Assembly: GCA_030390025.1 (NCBI GenBank)
Contig: CM059450.1
Coordinates: 16,802,001-16,866,000, forward strand
Direction: 5' to 3'
Source of the DNA: Squalus acanthias
Lineage: Eukaryota
Length of the DNA: 64,000 bases
The notes under the pieces are model-generated. The model was not told the DNA's origin. It saw only the letters and a program-made list of their open reading frames with translations, and made no database searches. Each line of letters starts with the position of its first letter. Positions within the stretch are counted from its first letter, which is position 1. Shown here piece after piece: positions 12,910-25,600 of this stretch. A program made the translations under genes and the position numbers.

Positions 12910-14339
12910 AGTCCTTGGCTGGAAGATTTAGGCACAGGTCTCTCCAGGCCGAGATTCAAGGCTCCAATGAGCAGGGTGTGGCTGGAGTGCAAGATCGACC
13001 CTCCCCTTTAAGAACTGTCCGGCGCCAGTGTGTCTGTGTTCCATCGCTAACTGACAGCACCTGCGCTGCGCCCGCGCTCTGAGTTAGCGCCTCGCTCATC
13101 GGCATTTGCGCCTTAAGACAGATGTGTAGCGCCTGATTTAGCACTCCAATCACCTCCAGGGGCGATAAAAGTCAAGTTTGCAGTCGGAGGCGATAATTAG
13201 CGCCAGGCGCTAATCTTTGCGCCCGGCCAATAATTGCGCCCCAAATAGGGCGATACTGAATTTCTCCCCAAAGAGTAGGGATAAACGGGTCTTTTTCAGG
13301 ATGGCAGGCTGTGACTAGTGGGGTACCGCAAGGATCGGTGCTTGGGCCCCAGCTATTCACAATCTATATCAATGACTTGGATGAGGGGACTAAATGTAAC
13401 ATTTCCAAATTTGCTGATGATACAAAGCTAGGTGGCAGTGTTAGTTGTGAAGAGGATGTGAAGAGGCTTCAAGGGATCTCGACAGGCTCAGTGAGTGGGC
13501 GAGAATATGGCAGATGGAATATAATGTGGATAAATGTGAAGTTATCCACTTTGGTAGAGAAAACAGAAAGGCAGAGTATTTCCTAAATGTTGAAAGATTG
13601 GGGAATGCAGATGCTCAAAGGGACCTGGGTGTCCTTGTACATGAGTCACTGAAAGTGAATGTGCAGGTGCAGCAAGCCATTAGGAAGGCAAATGGTATGC
13701 TGGCCTTCATTACATGAGGATTTGAGTGCAGGAGTAAAGAAGTCTTACTCCAATTATACAGGGCTTTGGTGAGACCACACCTGGAGTACTGTGTACAATT
13801 TTGGTCTCCTTAACTAAGGAATGATATACTTGCCATAGAGGGAGTGCAATGAGGTTCACGAGATTGATTCCTGCGATGGCGGGACTGTCATATGAGAAGA
13901 GATTGAGTAAACTAGGCCTGTATTATATTGAATTCAGAAGAATGAGAGGGGATCTCATTGAAGCATACAAAATTATTACAGGGCTTGATAGGGTGGATGC
14001 TGGGAGAATGTTTCCCTTGGCTGGGGAGTCTAGAACCAGGGGCCACAGCCTCAGGATAAAGGGTAGGCCATTCAGGACTGAGCTGAGAAGAAATTTCTTC
14101 ACACAGAGAGTGGTGAATCTTTGGAATTCTCTACCCCAGAGGGTTGTGGAGGCTCAGTCATTGGGTATATTCAAAATAGATGTCGATAGATTTCTGATTA
14201 GTAAGGGCATCAAGGGATATGGCGAAAGGGCCGGTGAATGGAGTTGAGGCAGAAGATCAGCCATGATCTCATTGAGTGGCGGAGCAGGCTCGAAGGGCCG
14301 AATGGCCTACTCCTGCTCCTATTTCTTATGTTCTTATGA

Positions 14340-14990
14340 AGAATCCAGAGTGGGAAGGAATCAGAGTGGGAATGAATCCAGAGTGGGAAGAATCCAGAGT
14401 GGGAAGGAATCAGAGTGGGAATGACCCAGAGTGGGAAGTAATCAGAGTGGGATGGAATCCAGAGTGGGAAGAATCCAGATTGGGAAGGAATTAGAGTGGG
14501 AAGAATCCAAAGTGGGAAGAATCCAGATTGGAAAGGAATTAGAGTGGGAAGAATCCAAAGTGGGAAGAATCCAAAGTGGGAGGAATTCAGAGTGGGAAGC
14601 AATAATAGTGGGAAGGACTCAGAGTGGGAAGAATCCAGAGAGGGAAAGGATCAGAGTGAGAAGGAATCAGAGTGGGAAAAATCCAGAGTGGGAAGAATCC
14701 AGAGTGGGAAGGATTCAGAGTGGGAAGGACCCAGACTGGGAATGTTCCAGAGTGGGAAGAATAATAGTGGGAAGAACTCAGAGTGGGAAGGACCCAGAGT
14801 GGGAAGGAATCAGACTGGGAAGGACTCAGAGTGGGAAGTACCCAGAGTGGGAAGAATCAGAGTGGGAAGAATCCAGAGTGGGAAGGGATCAGAGTGGGAT
14901 GAATCAGAGTGGAAGGTTTCAGTGTGGGAAGGAATCAGAGTGGGAAGAATCAGAATGGGAAGGAATCAGGGTGGGAAGGACACAGATTGG
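14340..14990. repeat. 16-17-bp minisatellite (GAATC(C)AGAGTGGGAAG)n, right half
   Basis: Same unit as 7835-8327. Confidence 0.95.
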
Positions 14991-15063
14991 GTTGAAATGG
15001 TTACACTAGTTTTTTATTTTATTTATGTTTATCTCAGAACGCTGAAACAATTAAGGAAACATA

Positions 15064-15821
15064 GGGCTGGATTTTCAATGACTTGTGGAGTCGGGTTTGG
15101 AGGCGTGTGGGGGGTTAAAGTTGCGGGGTCGGGGGTCCCGACCCCATCCCAACTCCATCCCGCCTCCACGCAATTTTGACAAAATCGGTCACAGAGTTCC
15201 CGAATCCGTCCCGCCTCCAAGAGGCGGGAGAGGCCATTAAAGCCCTTAACAAGGCCTAAATTGGCTCTGTAATGCCATTTTGAAACGTTTTAGCTAGTTT
15301 AACCCTTTTCCCACGTGAAGTACGCCTGATGTGAAACACTCCAGTGAAACCTGGCGGGAGCACAAGTGGATAGTTGACTATTACAACGGAGATGTGATGA
15401 AGGTAGTAGTAGTATTGTGATGAAGGTAGTAGTAGTATTGTGATGAAGGTAGTAGTATTAGGTCTGAAAGTCGCCTCTGATGCTGCTGCATTGTCTTCAG
15501 AGACTGCCTGGCCTTGCTGTGAGAGGCCCTGGGTGGATCTCTCTCTCTCTCTTTCTCTCTCTCTCTCCTCATTTTGCATCCAGGTCCACTCACAACAAAG
15601 GCCAGGCAATCTCTGAGACCAGGCAGCCTGCAATGATGACATCATCAGAGGCGACTTTCCCACTGAAACCACTAATTGGTTCATGGGTTCCCACATGCTG
15701 GAACTCAATTGCCCAATTAAGTGAAAATTGCATCATTCATCCACATTAATCTGGAGTCGAGGGGACAACACGAAATGCGGGTAACACGACCCCAACCCGA
15801 CCCCAAGACAAAATCCAGCCC
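15064..15821. mobile_element. Harbinger-type MITE (inverted copy of the 2466-3222 family)
   Basis: TIR GGGCTGGATTTT, TSD ATA, internal reverse-complement similarity to 2466-3222. Confidence 0.9.
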
Positions 15822-16153
15822 ATAATGTTTCGTACACAAATATATAAAATTGGCAAGTTCCAAAACACCTGCTCCATTCTTCAGGTTTAATTGGAGGTTT
15901 TCAATAAAAGTCCTGATTTTAAGGATTTATTGAAGCAGAATATTTTGTTTTAATTAAGTATCATTGCACTGATATGTGGTAAAGAATGAAAATTATAAAT
16001 TTGCTTAATATTTTCTTAATGCTTTCTACATTTCTTCACCTTCACTATAAAAGCTTCCAGCCCCAACAAAGGACAGTAAAGTTAAAGAGTTGCTCCCCCA
16101 TATTACATAGAGATTTTTAAAAGTCAACCACAATTGCATTTATATACTTCACT

Positions 16154-16190
16154 TCACCTGACGAAGGGGCAGCGCTCCGAAAGCTTGTGA
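16154..16190 (+). ncRNA. Minimal hammerhead ribozyme motif in a PLE pLTR fragment
   Basis: TCAC-CTGACGA-AGGGGC AGC GCTCC-GAA-AGCT-T-GTGA. Confidence 0.7.
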
Positions 16191-16828
16191 TTTCAAATAA
16201 AGCTGTTGGACTATAACCTGGTGTTGTGCGACTTCTCGCATTTATATAGCGCCTTTAATGTAGTAAAACGTCCCAAGGCGCTTCACAGGAGCGTTATCAG
16301 ACAAAATTTGACACTGAGCCACATAAGGAGATATTAGGACAGGTGACCAAAAGCTTGGTCAAAGAGGTAGGTTTTAAAGAGCGTCTTAAAGGAGAGAAAG
16401 GCAGAGAGGTGGAGAGGTTGATATTGTAGTTGAAAGGAGAACTTATTTAATTGCAGTTGATAAAGGAAATATTGTAAATACCAATCAAAAATATTTATTT
16501 CACTTTCTCTGAGAACATATCTTACAAACTTCCTTGCAAATTCTTTCCATGCAACCTTCCCTCGGAGCCACTTGGCAACACCATAACCTCTGGCTCACTG
16601 TGAACTCTGTCACAAGAGATCTGTTGGTGTGTGCTTGTATTCAAATTAGAAATGCTGCCGAGAACACCAATCCTTGTCCGCGAACCTTACTCCCTGTTGT
16701 CACAGTTTTTGGTCACGCCTTTCTGTCAACATCGACCTTTGTAGCTTTCTACGTCACCCTTTCCCATTCAATGTTGCTGCCTCAGTTGTCCTGATGCAGT
16801 TACAGACTCTGCCCAGTAGGTTTACCTG

Positions 16829-17650
16829 AGAGTGGATTTTGAAACTGGGGTTGGGTTGGGGTCTGGAATCACACATTCTGGCTTGTGAACCCGCCTCCAT
16901 CGAGATGTGGCCAACCCACTGCATTTTCCCTTGATTGACCTTGTTGAGCCCGCCCAGTGGGCTCAGCAGGCCAATTAAGGGCCACCCGGCAACAGGTGAC
17001 GTCACAGACTGACATTTCATCTGTCAAGAGCTTTTGACAGATGAAATATCAGCGTTTGACAGCTCTGTGAAGCTGTCAAACACTCACAATATGATTTCTA
17101 ACTTCAGTCCTTCCTCTCAGGCTGAGTTAGAAATCATTCCACCACAGAAAACAGAAGGCTGCGGTTTTTGACAGAACCACGGCTTTCCTGCTTTCTGTGC
17201 CGGTGAGATTTCTAACTCCCGAGAACTGAAGGGCTGACACCTGCAGGAGGAAGTTAAGGTAAGTAAAACTTTTTCCAACACTTAGCACTTACCTTACACA
17301 CTTACCTCTGCACACATGCAGCCATCACTCACCTGCCCACCGGACATATCGACCCCTCCAACCCCTGCAGACCCACGGCCCGCCCCGATAACTTGGCTTG
17401 GTTGCCACCTGTCGGGAAGCCCACACTTTTCTTTTTAAAATAGGGATTATGCAAAAAATTGCCTGTTAACAGGCAGTTAATTGTCACTAATCCCTTCCCG
17501 CCTCGGGGAGTCGGGTCTCAGACCAGGTCGGGTACCCGCCGCCAGAGAAACTGGCATGGAGGCGGGATGGGGTCGGGACCCCCGAATCTGCAACTTTAAC
17601 TCCCACCCCACCTCCAAACCCGACTCCACGGATCATTGAAAATCCAGCCC
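16829..17650. mobile_element. Harbinger-type MITE, older relative
   Basis: Right TIR AAAATCCAGCCC, degenerate left TIR, subterminal similarity to the 15064 element. Confidence 0.7.
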
Positions 17651-18450
17651 TCAGTGTCTCCCAATTTCAATAGTATAGAATGATACAGCACAGAAGGAGG
17701 CCAATCGGCCCATCTTTGAAAGAGCTACTAATTACTCCAACTCTCCTGTTCTTTCCCCATAGACCTGCAATAATTTTCCTATTTAAGTATATATCGAATT
17801 CAGTACATGTATCTGCATAAACAAAAAGAACTTATAAGGAAAAACTTGCATTTATATAGCACCTTTTACCACCTCAGGACATCTCAAAGCACTTTTTAAA
17901 ATGTATTTGTTCACGGGATGTGGGCGTCGCTGGCAAGGCCAGCATTTATAGCCCATCCCTAAGTGCCCCGGAGGAGGTGGTGGTGAGCTGCCTTCTTGAA
18001 CCGCTGCAGTCCGTGTGGTGAAGCTACTCTTGCCAGCGACGCCCACATCCCGTGAACAAATACATTTTAAAAACACACTTTGATTCGGTGGTGATATGGA
18101 AGTACAAGTTTGTAGGTGCTGACTTTGTCGTAGTGGTTTGGCTACAACTGAATGGCTTGCTCGGCAATTTCAGAGGTCAATTAAGACATTGCTGTGGGTC
18201 TGGAGTTACATGGAATATAGGTCAAGACCCCTGGCAGGTTTCCTTCCCAGAAGGACATTAGTGAACCAGTTGGGCTTTTATGATAAAACATTAGTTTTAT
18301 GGTTACCATTGTTGATACTAACATTTTATTAAAAATTCCAGATTTATTTAATTAACTGATCTTAAATTTACCAGCTGCCGTGGCTGGGAGTTAAACTTCC
18401 TGCCCAGTCCAGCCCTACTGGACATAACCACTATGCTACTGGACCTGTCA

Positions 18451-18459
18451 GTGTCAGCC

Positions 18460-18501
<42 letters not shown>

Positions 18502-18900
18502 GTGGGTTTAAGTCTGAACTTGAGCACATGAAGCTAGGCTGACACTCCCAGTGCAGTGCTGAGGGAGTGCTGCACTGTCAGAGGTGCCGTCTTTCAGATG
18601 AGACGTTAAACCGAGGCCCCGTCTGCTCTCTCAGGTGGACGTAAAAGATCCCGTGGCACTATTCCGATAGAAGAGCAGGGGAGTTCTCGCCGGTGTCCTG
18701 GCCAATATTTATCCCTCAACCAACATAACAAAAACAGATTATCTGGTCAGTATCACATTGCTGTTTGTGGGAGCTTGCTGTGCGCAAATTGGCTGCTGCG
18801 TTTCCCACATTACAACAGTGACTATACTTCATTGGCTGTAAAGTGCTTTGAGACGACTGGTGGTTGTGAAAGGTGCTATAGAATTGTAAGTCTTGCTTTC
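18451..18900 (+). mobile_element. DeuSINE-type SINE
   Basis: tRNA-like head GTGTCAGCCGTGGCTCAGTGGGTAGCAC..., same body and tail as the 7190 copy. Confidence 0.8.
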
Positions 18901-19029
18901 TTTTACCCTTCATAGCCAATGTAGTATTTCTGAAGTGTGGTCACGGTGATAACGCAGGGAAAGGGGGGCGGGGAGCCAATTTGTCTCGACAGTTGGAAAT
19001 CTCGGAATAGAATAAATGAAAGGCGGTTG

Positions 19030-19632
19030 AGCTGAGCGGGCGCTGTGTGAAAACGGTTGTAAACCGGAAAGAAGATTGGCTACGAGTTTATATGAGGCAA
19101 ATATTCACATCAGCACACGCTGGGACTTCCTGTGATATTGGAACCTGGTCGGTAGGGACGGACGGATATCAGAGCAGTGAGATCTGGATCTGAATGAACG
19201 AACTATTCTCTGCAGAAAAGACTCGCTTGTAAATGTCTTGGTATTTCCATTGCAACCAGCCTCTCGCCTGTATGTGCCACGGCCGGAAACTAGATCTAGG
19301 TTACATTTGTAGTAATTTCACCACTTTCAGGCTCACTTACAAACTTGTTTCATTTATTTTGAAATTTCGCAATCATAACACCCCGAGCCGCGCGGTTCTC
19401 AGTCCACCAACCAGATCTCACAATCTCAATCTGATCGAGAGACCGCTGGTCACAGGGTGACTGGCACAGTTCAATCAGTATCAGCGCAATCAGCGTCTAG
19501 TGCCAGTAACAGAGCGGCGGCGCTGATCAGAGAGGGCCTTGCGGTGGGGTCATTGAGCAAAACCACAAACTCGTCGAGCCGCTGGCCAAAGGAAAAGTGT
19601 TTGTAGGCGAAGCAGTTCAGAGGCAGGCGAAC
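19030..19632 (+). promoter_or_regulatory. Putative promoter/5'UTR of the VJ-C1 receptor gene
   Basis: Non-repetitive CpG-containing segment upstream of the leader ATG, with ETS-like ACCGGAAA (19063) and ACTTCCTG (19125), RUNX-type TGCGGT (19540) and AACCACA (19561), NFAT-type GGAAAA (19591). Confidence 0.45.
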
Positions 19633-19675
19633 ATGAACTCTCGGCTAACGTGGGTCCTATTGATGTGGGCGAATT
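19633..19675 (+). CDS. Exon 1: signal peptide MNSRLTWVLLMWAN
   Basis: ATG in AACATGA context, hydrophobic core, phase-1 donor T|GTAAGT. Confidence 0.85.
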
Positions 19676-22600
19676 GTAAGTACTCTCCATCTGTTTGTTT
19701 GGCTGTTACTTTCTATCCATTGCAACCATATATTTATGAAAATATATATGTATCTATCCACTCATCCATTGCATCTCTATCTCTACATCCATCCATTGTA
19801 TCCCTATCGCTACACCCATCCATTGTATCCCAATCTCTACATCCATTGTATCCCTATCTCTACATCCATTTGATCCCAATCTCTACATCCATTGGATCCC
19901 AATCTCTACATCCATTGGATCCCAATCTCTACATCCATTGGATCCCAATCTTTATATCCATTTGATCCCAATCTCTACATCCATTGGATCCCAATCTCTA
20001 CATCTATTTGATCCCAATCTCTACATCTATTTGATCCCAATCTCTACATCCATTGGATCCCAATCTTTACATCCATTTGATCCCAATCTCTACATCCATT
20101 GGATCCCAATCACTACATCTATTTGATCCCAATCTCTACATCCATTGGATCCAAATCTCTACATCCATTGGATCCCAATCTTTACATCTATTTGATCCCA
20201 ATCTCTACATCCATTGGATCCCTATCTCTACATCTATTTGATCCCAATCTCTACATCCATTTGATCCCAATCTCTACATCCATTTGATCCCAATCTCTAC
20301 ATCCATTGGATCCCTATCTCTACATCTATTGGATCCCAATCTCTACATCCATTGGATTCCGACCTTGAACTATGAATCTACCTCCACTTCTCTCTCTATT
20401 CGTTGTGTTCCTATCTCTATCCTCCTCTCTATAATTGTAATAATATTTCACAATGTTATGCCACGTTTGTTAGAATTGATGAGAATTATATTATATGACT
20501 TAAATGATATACAAACACGCCAGTGGACTGATTGCTGAATATCACACATGATGGTGGGTCGGTGATAGTTGTAACCCGTGGACTGAGTGGATTTAGAAAA
20601 AATAGACAGAAACTGAAGCAATGTCGCAGATTTTAGATGTTGCCATGTACCATCTGAAGGGAGCAATAACCAACTTCACTCGGTCTTTCCCGACACAGAT
20701 CGCTCCAGTCTGGCTCAGACCTCATGGACCACAGCGCACTCGGGAGACTCGGTGACCCTGGGGTCTCAAACACAGGGGGGCTCAGACCTGCTATACTGGT
20801 TCATGCAACATCCCGGACAAGCACCGACTACGGTACTGTATCACCATGGCTCGGGCGGAGGGGTGAGTTACTTCAACGGTTTCGGGACTCGCTTTTCTCC
20901 CTCCTTTGACTCCGACACCCGCAGCTCTCGACTGGAGATCGCAAATGTCACTGTTTCGGATGCTGGAATCTATTACTGCGCCGTCAGAATGCGGGGCGAG
21001 ATGAAGTTCGGGACAGGGGCCGTTCTGACAGTCATAGGTAAGGAACTATAGCCTGTCTCCCACCTGCTCCATTGACTGACAGAATGAGAGCGAGGAGGTT
21101 ACAGGCAGAGATAGAAAGTAGAAATGGCTCTCAGCCGCGGACTGGACCAACACTTAAGCATCAACATCTCCTCCCTGCTACCTCAATGGAGTCTTTACCC
21201 TGTTATTTTAAATTAGAGAGAGAACGTTGCTAGCAACACATTAAAACATTTGTACCGAACATCTACGACAGAAATATCTACCCTAAGATCATCTCTACAC
21301 AAAGAAAGAATTTGCATTTCTATAGCGCCTTTCACCACCTCAGGACGTCCCAAAGCGCTTTACAGCCAATGAAGTATTTTTGGAGTGTAGCCACGACATA
21401 GGATTACACAGGATATACGGCACAGAAACAGGCCATTCGGCCCAACCAGTCCATGCCGGCGTTTATGCTCCACTCGAGCCTCCTCCCGTCTTTCCTCATC
21501 TAAATCTATCAGCATAACCCTCTATTCCCTTCTCCAGCATATGTTTGTCCAGCCTCCCCTTAAATGAATCCATACTATTCGCTTCAACCACTCCCTGTGG
21601 TAGCAAGTTCCACATTCTCACCACTCTCTGGGTAAAGAAGTTTCTTCTGAATTCCCTATTGGATTTCTTGGTGACTATCTTCTATTGATGGCCTTTAGTT
21701 TTGCTCTTCCCCACAAGTGGAAACACTCTCTCTGTATCCACTCTATCAAAACCTTTCATAATTTTTAAGACCTCTATTAGGTCACCCCTCAGCCTTCTTT
21801 TTTCAAGAGAAAAGAGACCCAGCCTGTTCATCCTTTCCTGATATGTATACCCTCGCATTTCTGGTATCATCCTTGTAAATCTTCTCTGCACCCTCTCCAG
21901 TGCCTGTATATCCTTTTTATAATATGGCGACCAGAACTGTATGCAGTACTCCAAGTGTGGTCTAACCAAGGTTCGATACAGGTTCAGCATAACTTCCCTA
22001 CTTTTCAATTCTATCCTCTAGAAATAAACCCTAGTGCTTGGTTTGCTTTTTTTATATGGCCTTGCTAACCTGTGGCGCAACCTGTGAGGTTAAATGCAAC
22101 ATCTAAATTCTCACCTACGACCATGATGTTAAAATCGAATCCGGTCTTCATGGTCTTCCATCGCATTTGCTCAATGATGGTGTCGATTCCCACGTATCCC
22201 AGCAACTGGGAGCCCATAACCGATGGTTTCATGGGCACGGCTGGCTTCGGTCTAACCAAGGTTCGATACAGGTTTAGCATAACTTCCCTACTTTTCAATT
22301 CTATCCCTCTGGAAATAAACCCTAGTGCTTGATTTGCTTTTTTTTAATAGCCTTGCTAACCTGCGTCGCAACTTAGAGTGATTTGTGTATTTGTACTCCG
22401 AGATCCCTTTGTTCCACTGTTGTAATGTAGGAAATAACTTGATACCAGGGAAATCAATCATTCAGAAAATAACAAGATCCCATTGCCTTGAAATGAGGCT
22501 GAGCCAGTATTACTGACCAAGTGCTCTACCCATTTGTCTGAGCTCGCGTTGCTGGCTCTTCCGACAGGAGTTTGGACCTATTCAATGCGGACAGCTTAGA

Positions 22601-25600
22601 CCCTGAGTTGAAACAGCAAAGAGATTGCACAGAAATGCGGTCAATATTCTCATGCTAATATTTGCATGGGACAAATTGAAGGCCAAAGAGTTTTTTTTCC
22701 GAAAATAAATCAATCCAAACAGGAAAACAAAGTTCTGCAACAGGTCAGCGAGTATCTGAGAGAGAAAGAAAAGAAAGACTTGCATTTCGATAGCGCCTTT
22801 CACGACCTCAGGACGTCCCAAAGCGCTTTACAGCCATTGAAGTACTTTTTGAAGTGTAGTCACTGTTGTACTGTAGGAAACGCGGCAGCCAATTTGCGCA
22901 TAGCAAGCTCCCGCAAACAGCAATGTGATAATGACCAGACAATTTGTTTTTGTGATGTTGATTGAGGGATAAATATTGACCAGGACACAGGAATAACTCC
23001 CCTGCTCTTCAAAATAGTGAGGTCGCACAACACCAGGTTATAGTCCAACAGTTTTATTTGAAATCACAAGCTTTCGGAGCTATCGATCGCCCCTTCCTCA
23101 GGTGAAGTAAAGAAATACAGACTCGACAAAGCATATATAGATAGAGAACAATGCATGTGTACCTTACAATTGCAGACAATTAAATTAAATCATCCTGACT
23201 ATCTGCCGAGGTGTGATAAAGTTAATCAGGTCAGCCAGGAAGGTACCACATCAAAGACATAGCAAGATACAACTGAGACTGACAACTGACCTGATTAACT
23301 TTATCACACCTCGGCAGATAGTCAGGATGATTTAATTTAGTTGTCTGCAATTGTAAGGTACACATGCATTGTTCTCTATCTATATATGCTTTGTCGAGTC
23401 TGTATTTCTTTACTTCACCTGAGGAAGGGGCGATCAATAGCTCCGAAAGCTTGTGATTTCAAATAAAACTGTTGGACTATAACCTGGTGTTGTGCGACCT
23501 CTCAATTTTGTCCACCCCAGTCCAACACCGGCATCTCCGCTTCAAAATAGTGCCATGGGATCTTTTACGTCCACCCGAGAGAGCAGAGGGGGCCTCGGCT
23601 GAATGTCTCATCTGAAATACCATATAATGACACCCATATAATGGAGCTAGCTCACAGATACTGTCTGCATTTCTTGCTTTTATTTCAGAATTCCAGATTT
23701 TTCGCTTTTTATTCCTTAAATAATTTTATTAGTACAGTTAAGGATGATATAAATATAAGTATTAGCATGACACATCAACACTCTAGTCAGAAGCAGTTTC
23801 CCCAATTCTTTGATGTACATCATTACAGTTATAGAATTTCCTAGTATTGAATTAGAACGCATTTCTCTATAGCGGTCTAGCAACAGTAGATAGTCTTGAT
23901 AAACTCTATGGTACAATCTCCGTGATTTATCTCTCATTGTGGTGTGCACTGGTAGTGGGGATTCAGACTGCCGACCACCGTGCATACAGAAACTGACAAA
24001 AAGAGTCAATTTCGTAAAAATTTGCATCAAATATATATGTTTAAGAATAGAGAAAACTAGAGTGCCTTTGATGGATTTCAGATAATAGTTATGAACTGTT
24101 TGAGGCTTTACTCTCTTGGGGAAGAATTGCTTTGGTCTCGCGTAGTTCATAACCGCTTTTTGAATGAATCTTGCTACACAGAGTAACTTCTCCACGATGA
24201 TTTGTGATCCGTTACAGCCTGTACATTATATTCATAAAATAGTCTGATGAAGGATTTCAGATGATGAATTATAGGAATACGATTAACAGGGACTGGAATT
24301 TAAAGAAAAGGGTCAGACGCTTTATAAAAAATATCTAAAAAAAGGATGCCCGGCAGTGAATTACAGGCTGGGATCGACTCTGGAGAGTTCAATGGATTAT
24401 ATAAGTAGAATATACTGGGCCAGATTTAGCTGGAAAAGTAACGGCAACTGAAAGACGCACGCCGTTATTAATGTGCATTGAGAATCACCACAAGTTGCTG
24501 GATGATTTGCGCCTCTCCACCATTAGCTTGACAAAAACGGCTTCTTGCACTTAACCGCCCCGTGATTTTCATGCATTTGCCGCATTTGCACGTTAATTGC
24601 TCATTAAACTCGCCGCAGAAAGTTAAGTCTAGCAATTAATAGCGCAAGTACCCTTTGAACTAAGTGATAATTGTTACTGGCTGCCAGTCAACCTCTCTCG
24701 CCCAGAAAGTAAACAATTGTAAGTGTGGAATCTCATTCCTCCAGGTTGTGAAAAGTTTAGGAGATTTTAAACATGACCAATTTTAAATTAAAATTTTTTT
24801 TTTCTTTCTGGCTCTTTTCTCTCTCAATCCAATCTTTCCTTCCCTCTCTTTATTTCTCTTTCTGTAGCTGATTTGACGTTGAATTCACCCACTCTAAATC
24901 ACGCTTCTTCTCAGTCCTTCCTCTGTTTATTTCTCAATCCTTACTCGCATTGGTTACGGAAGTGCACAGTCTGTGCCATTGCTCACCAAGGTCCCAGATG
25001 CCCTGATTCCCTCGCTGTGCCGTTATCAGCTCGCACTTCCAGAAAATTTGCGCGCAAATTTTTTTTCAAACCTAAAGGTGTGCGACCGCGTCTAACTAAT
25101 GGAGCATCCTGTGAGCTTCCTCGCTCTAATAAAATCTGGCCCAGTGTCTACCAAGGAGTGAGCTGCAGGCTGGTACCTAATCAACAGGTTCGGATGAGTT
25201 ACATGCAGAGGAATGGCTATCTAGGAGCAAGTTACAAGCTAAAAACTATTTGGGTGGTTTGGATGATTTTATATATAAAACAATGGCCATTCAGGAGCAA
25301 ATTACAGGCGGCACTTTAATCAATGGGTCGAAATGGGTTTCTATAGAATAATGGGGTTTTTGATGGTTCATGTAAAGAATAATGGAATGAGTTCTAGGCT
25401 TGAAATTCATCAAAAGTTCTGATGATTTCGACACAGAGGAATGGAATGGGTCTTAAGCAGTGATTGTAAATCAAGGGTCTAATTGAGGAGTTTAGTAAAC
25501 CGTGACAGATCTCGTGGAGTTTGTGCATCAGCTGAACTCTGAGACGGGATTGCTGCTAGTAATCCACTGACAAACACTGAATGCAATATATACGTTACAT

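Larger units (their letters stand above)
9013..13269 (+). mobile_element. Harbinger (PIF/Harbinger) DNA transposon, full length ~4.26 kb
   Basis: TIRs GGGGAAAAATTCAGT / ACTGAATTTCTCCCC, short A-rich TSD, convergent transposase (+) and Myb/SANT (-) genes. Confidence 0.95.
8328..14337 (+). mobile_element. 5'-truncated CR1 (HER1-like) LINE split by a Harbinger transposon
   Basis: RT motifs YLDFQKAFDKV (left part) and [14 protein letters not shown] (right part, from 13270); 3' tail CCTATTTCTTATGTTCTTATG. Confidence 0.92.

Noticed and set aside
7729-15179. Long ESEWE/GIRVGR repeat ORFs (7729, 8178, 14431, 14496)
   Set aside because: Translations of the 16-bp minisatellite; no splice or start context
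19790-20358. Regular 23-bp array as a CRISPR-like or coding repeat
   Set aside because: Units are directly adjacent with no unique spacers; eukaryotic intronic minisatellite
20699-21100. Rearranging TCR or Ig V segment
   Set aside because: No CACAGTG heptamer or nonamer after YYCAVR; J motif and splice donor are in the same exon; no other V/J segments seen
22065-22298. LINE-septin fusion ORF as a real gene
   Set aside because: Chance in-frame junction of a decayed LINE and a 170-bp captured fragment; no GTPase domain
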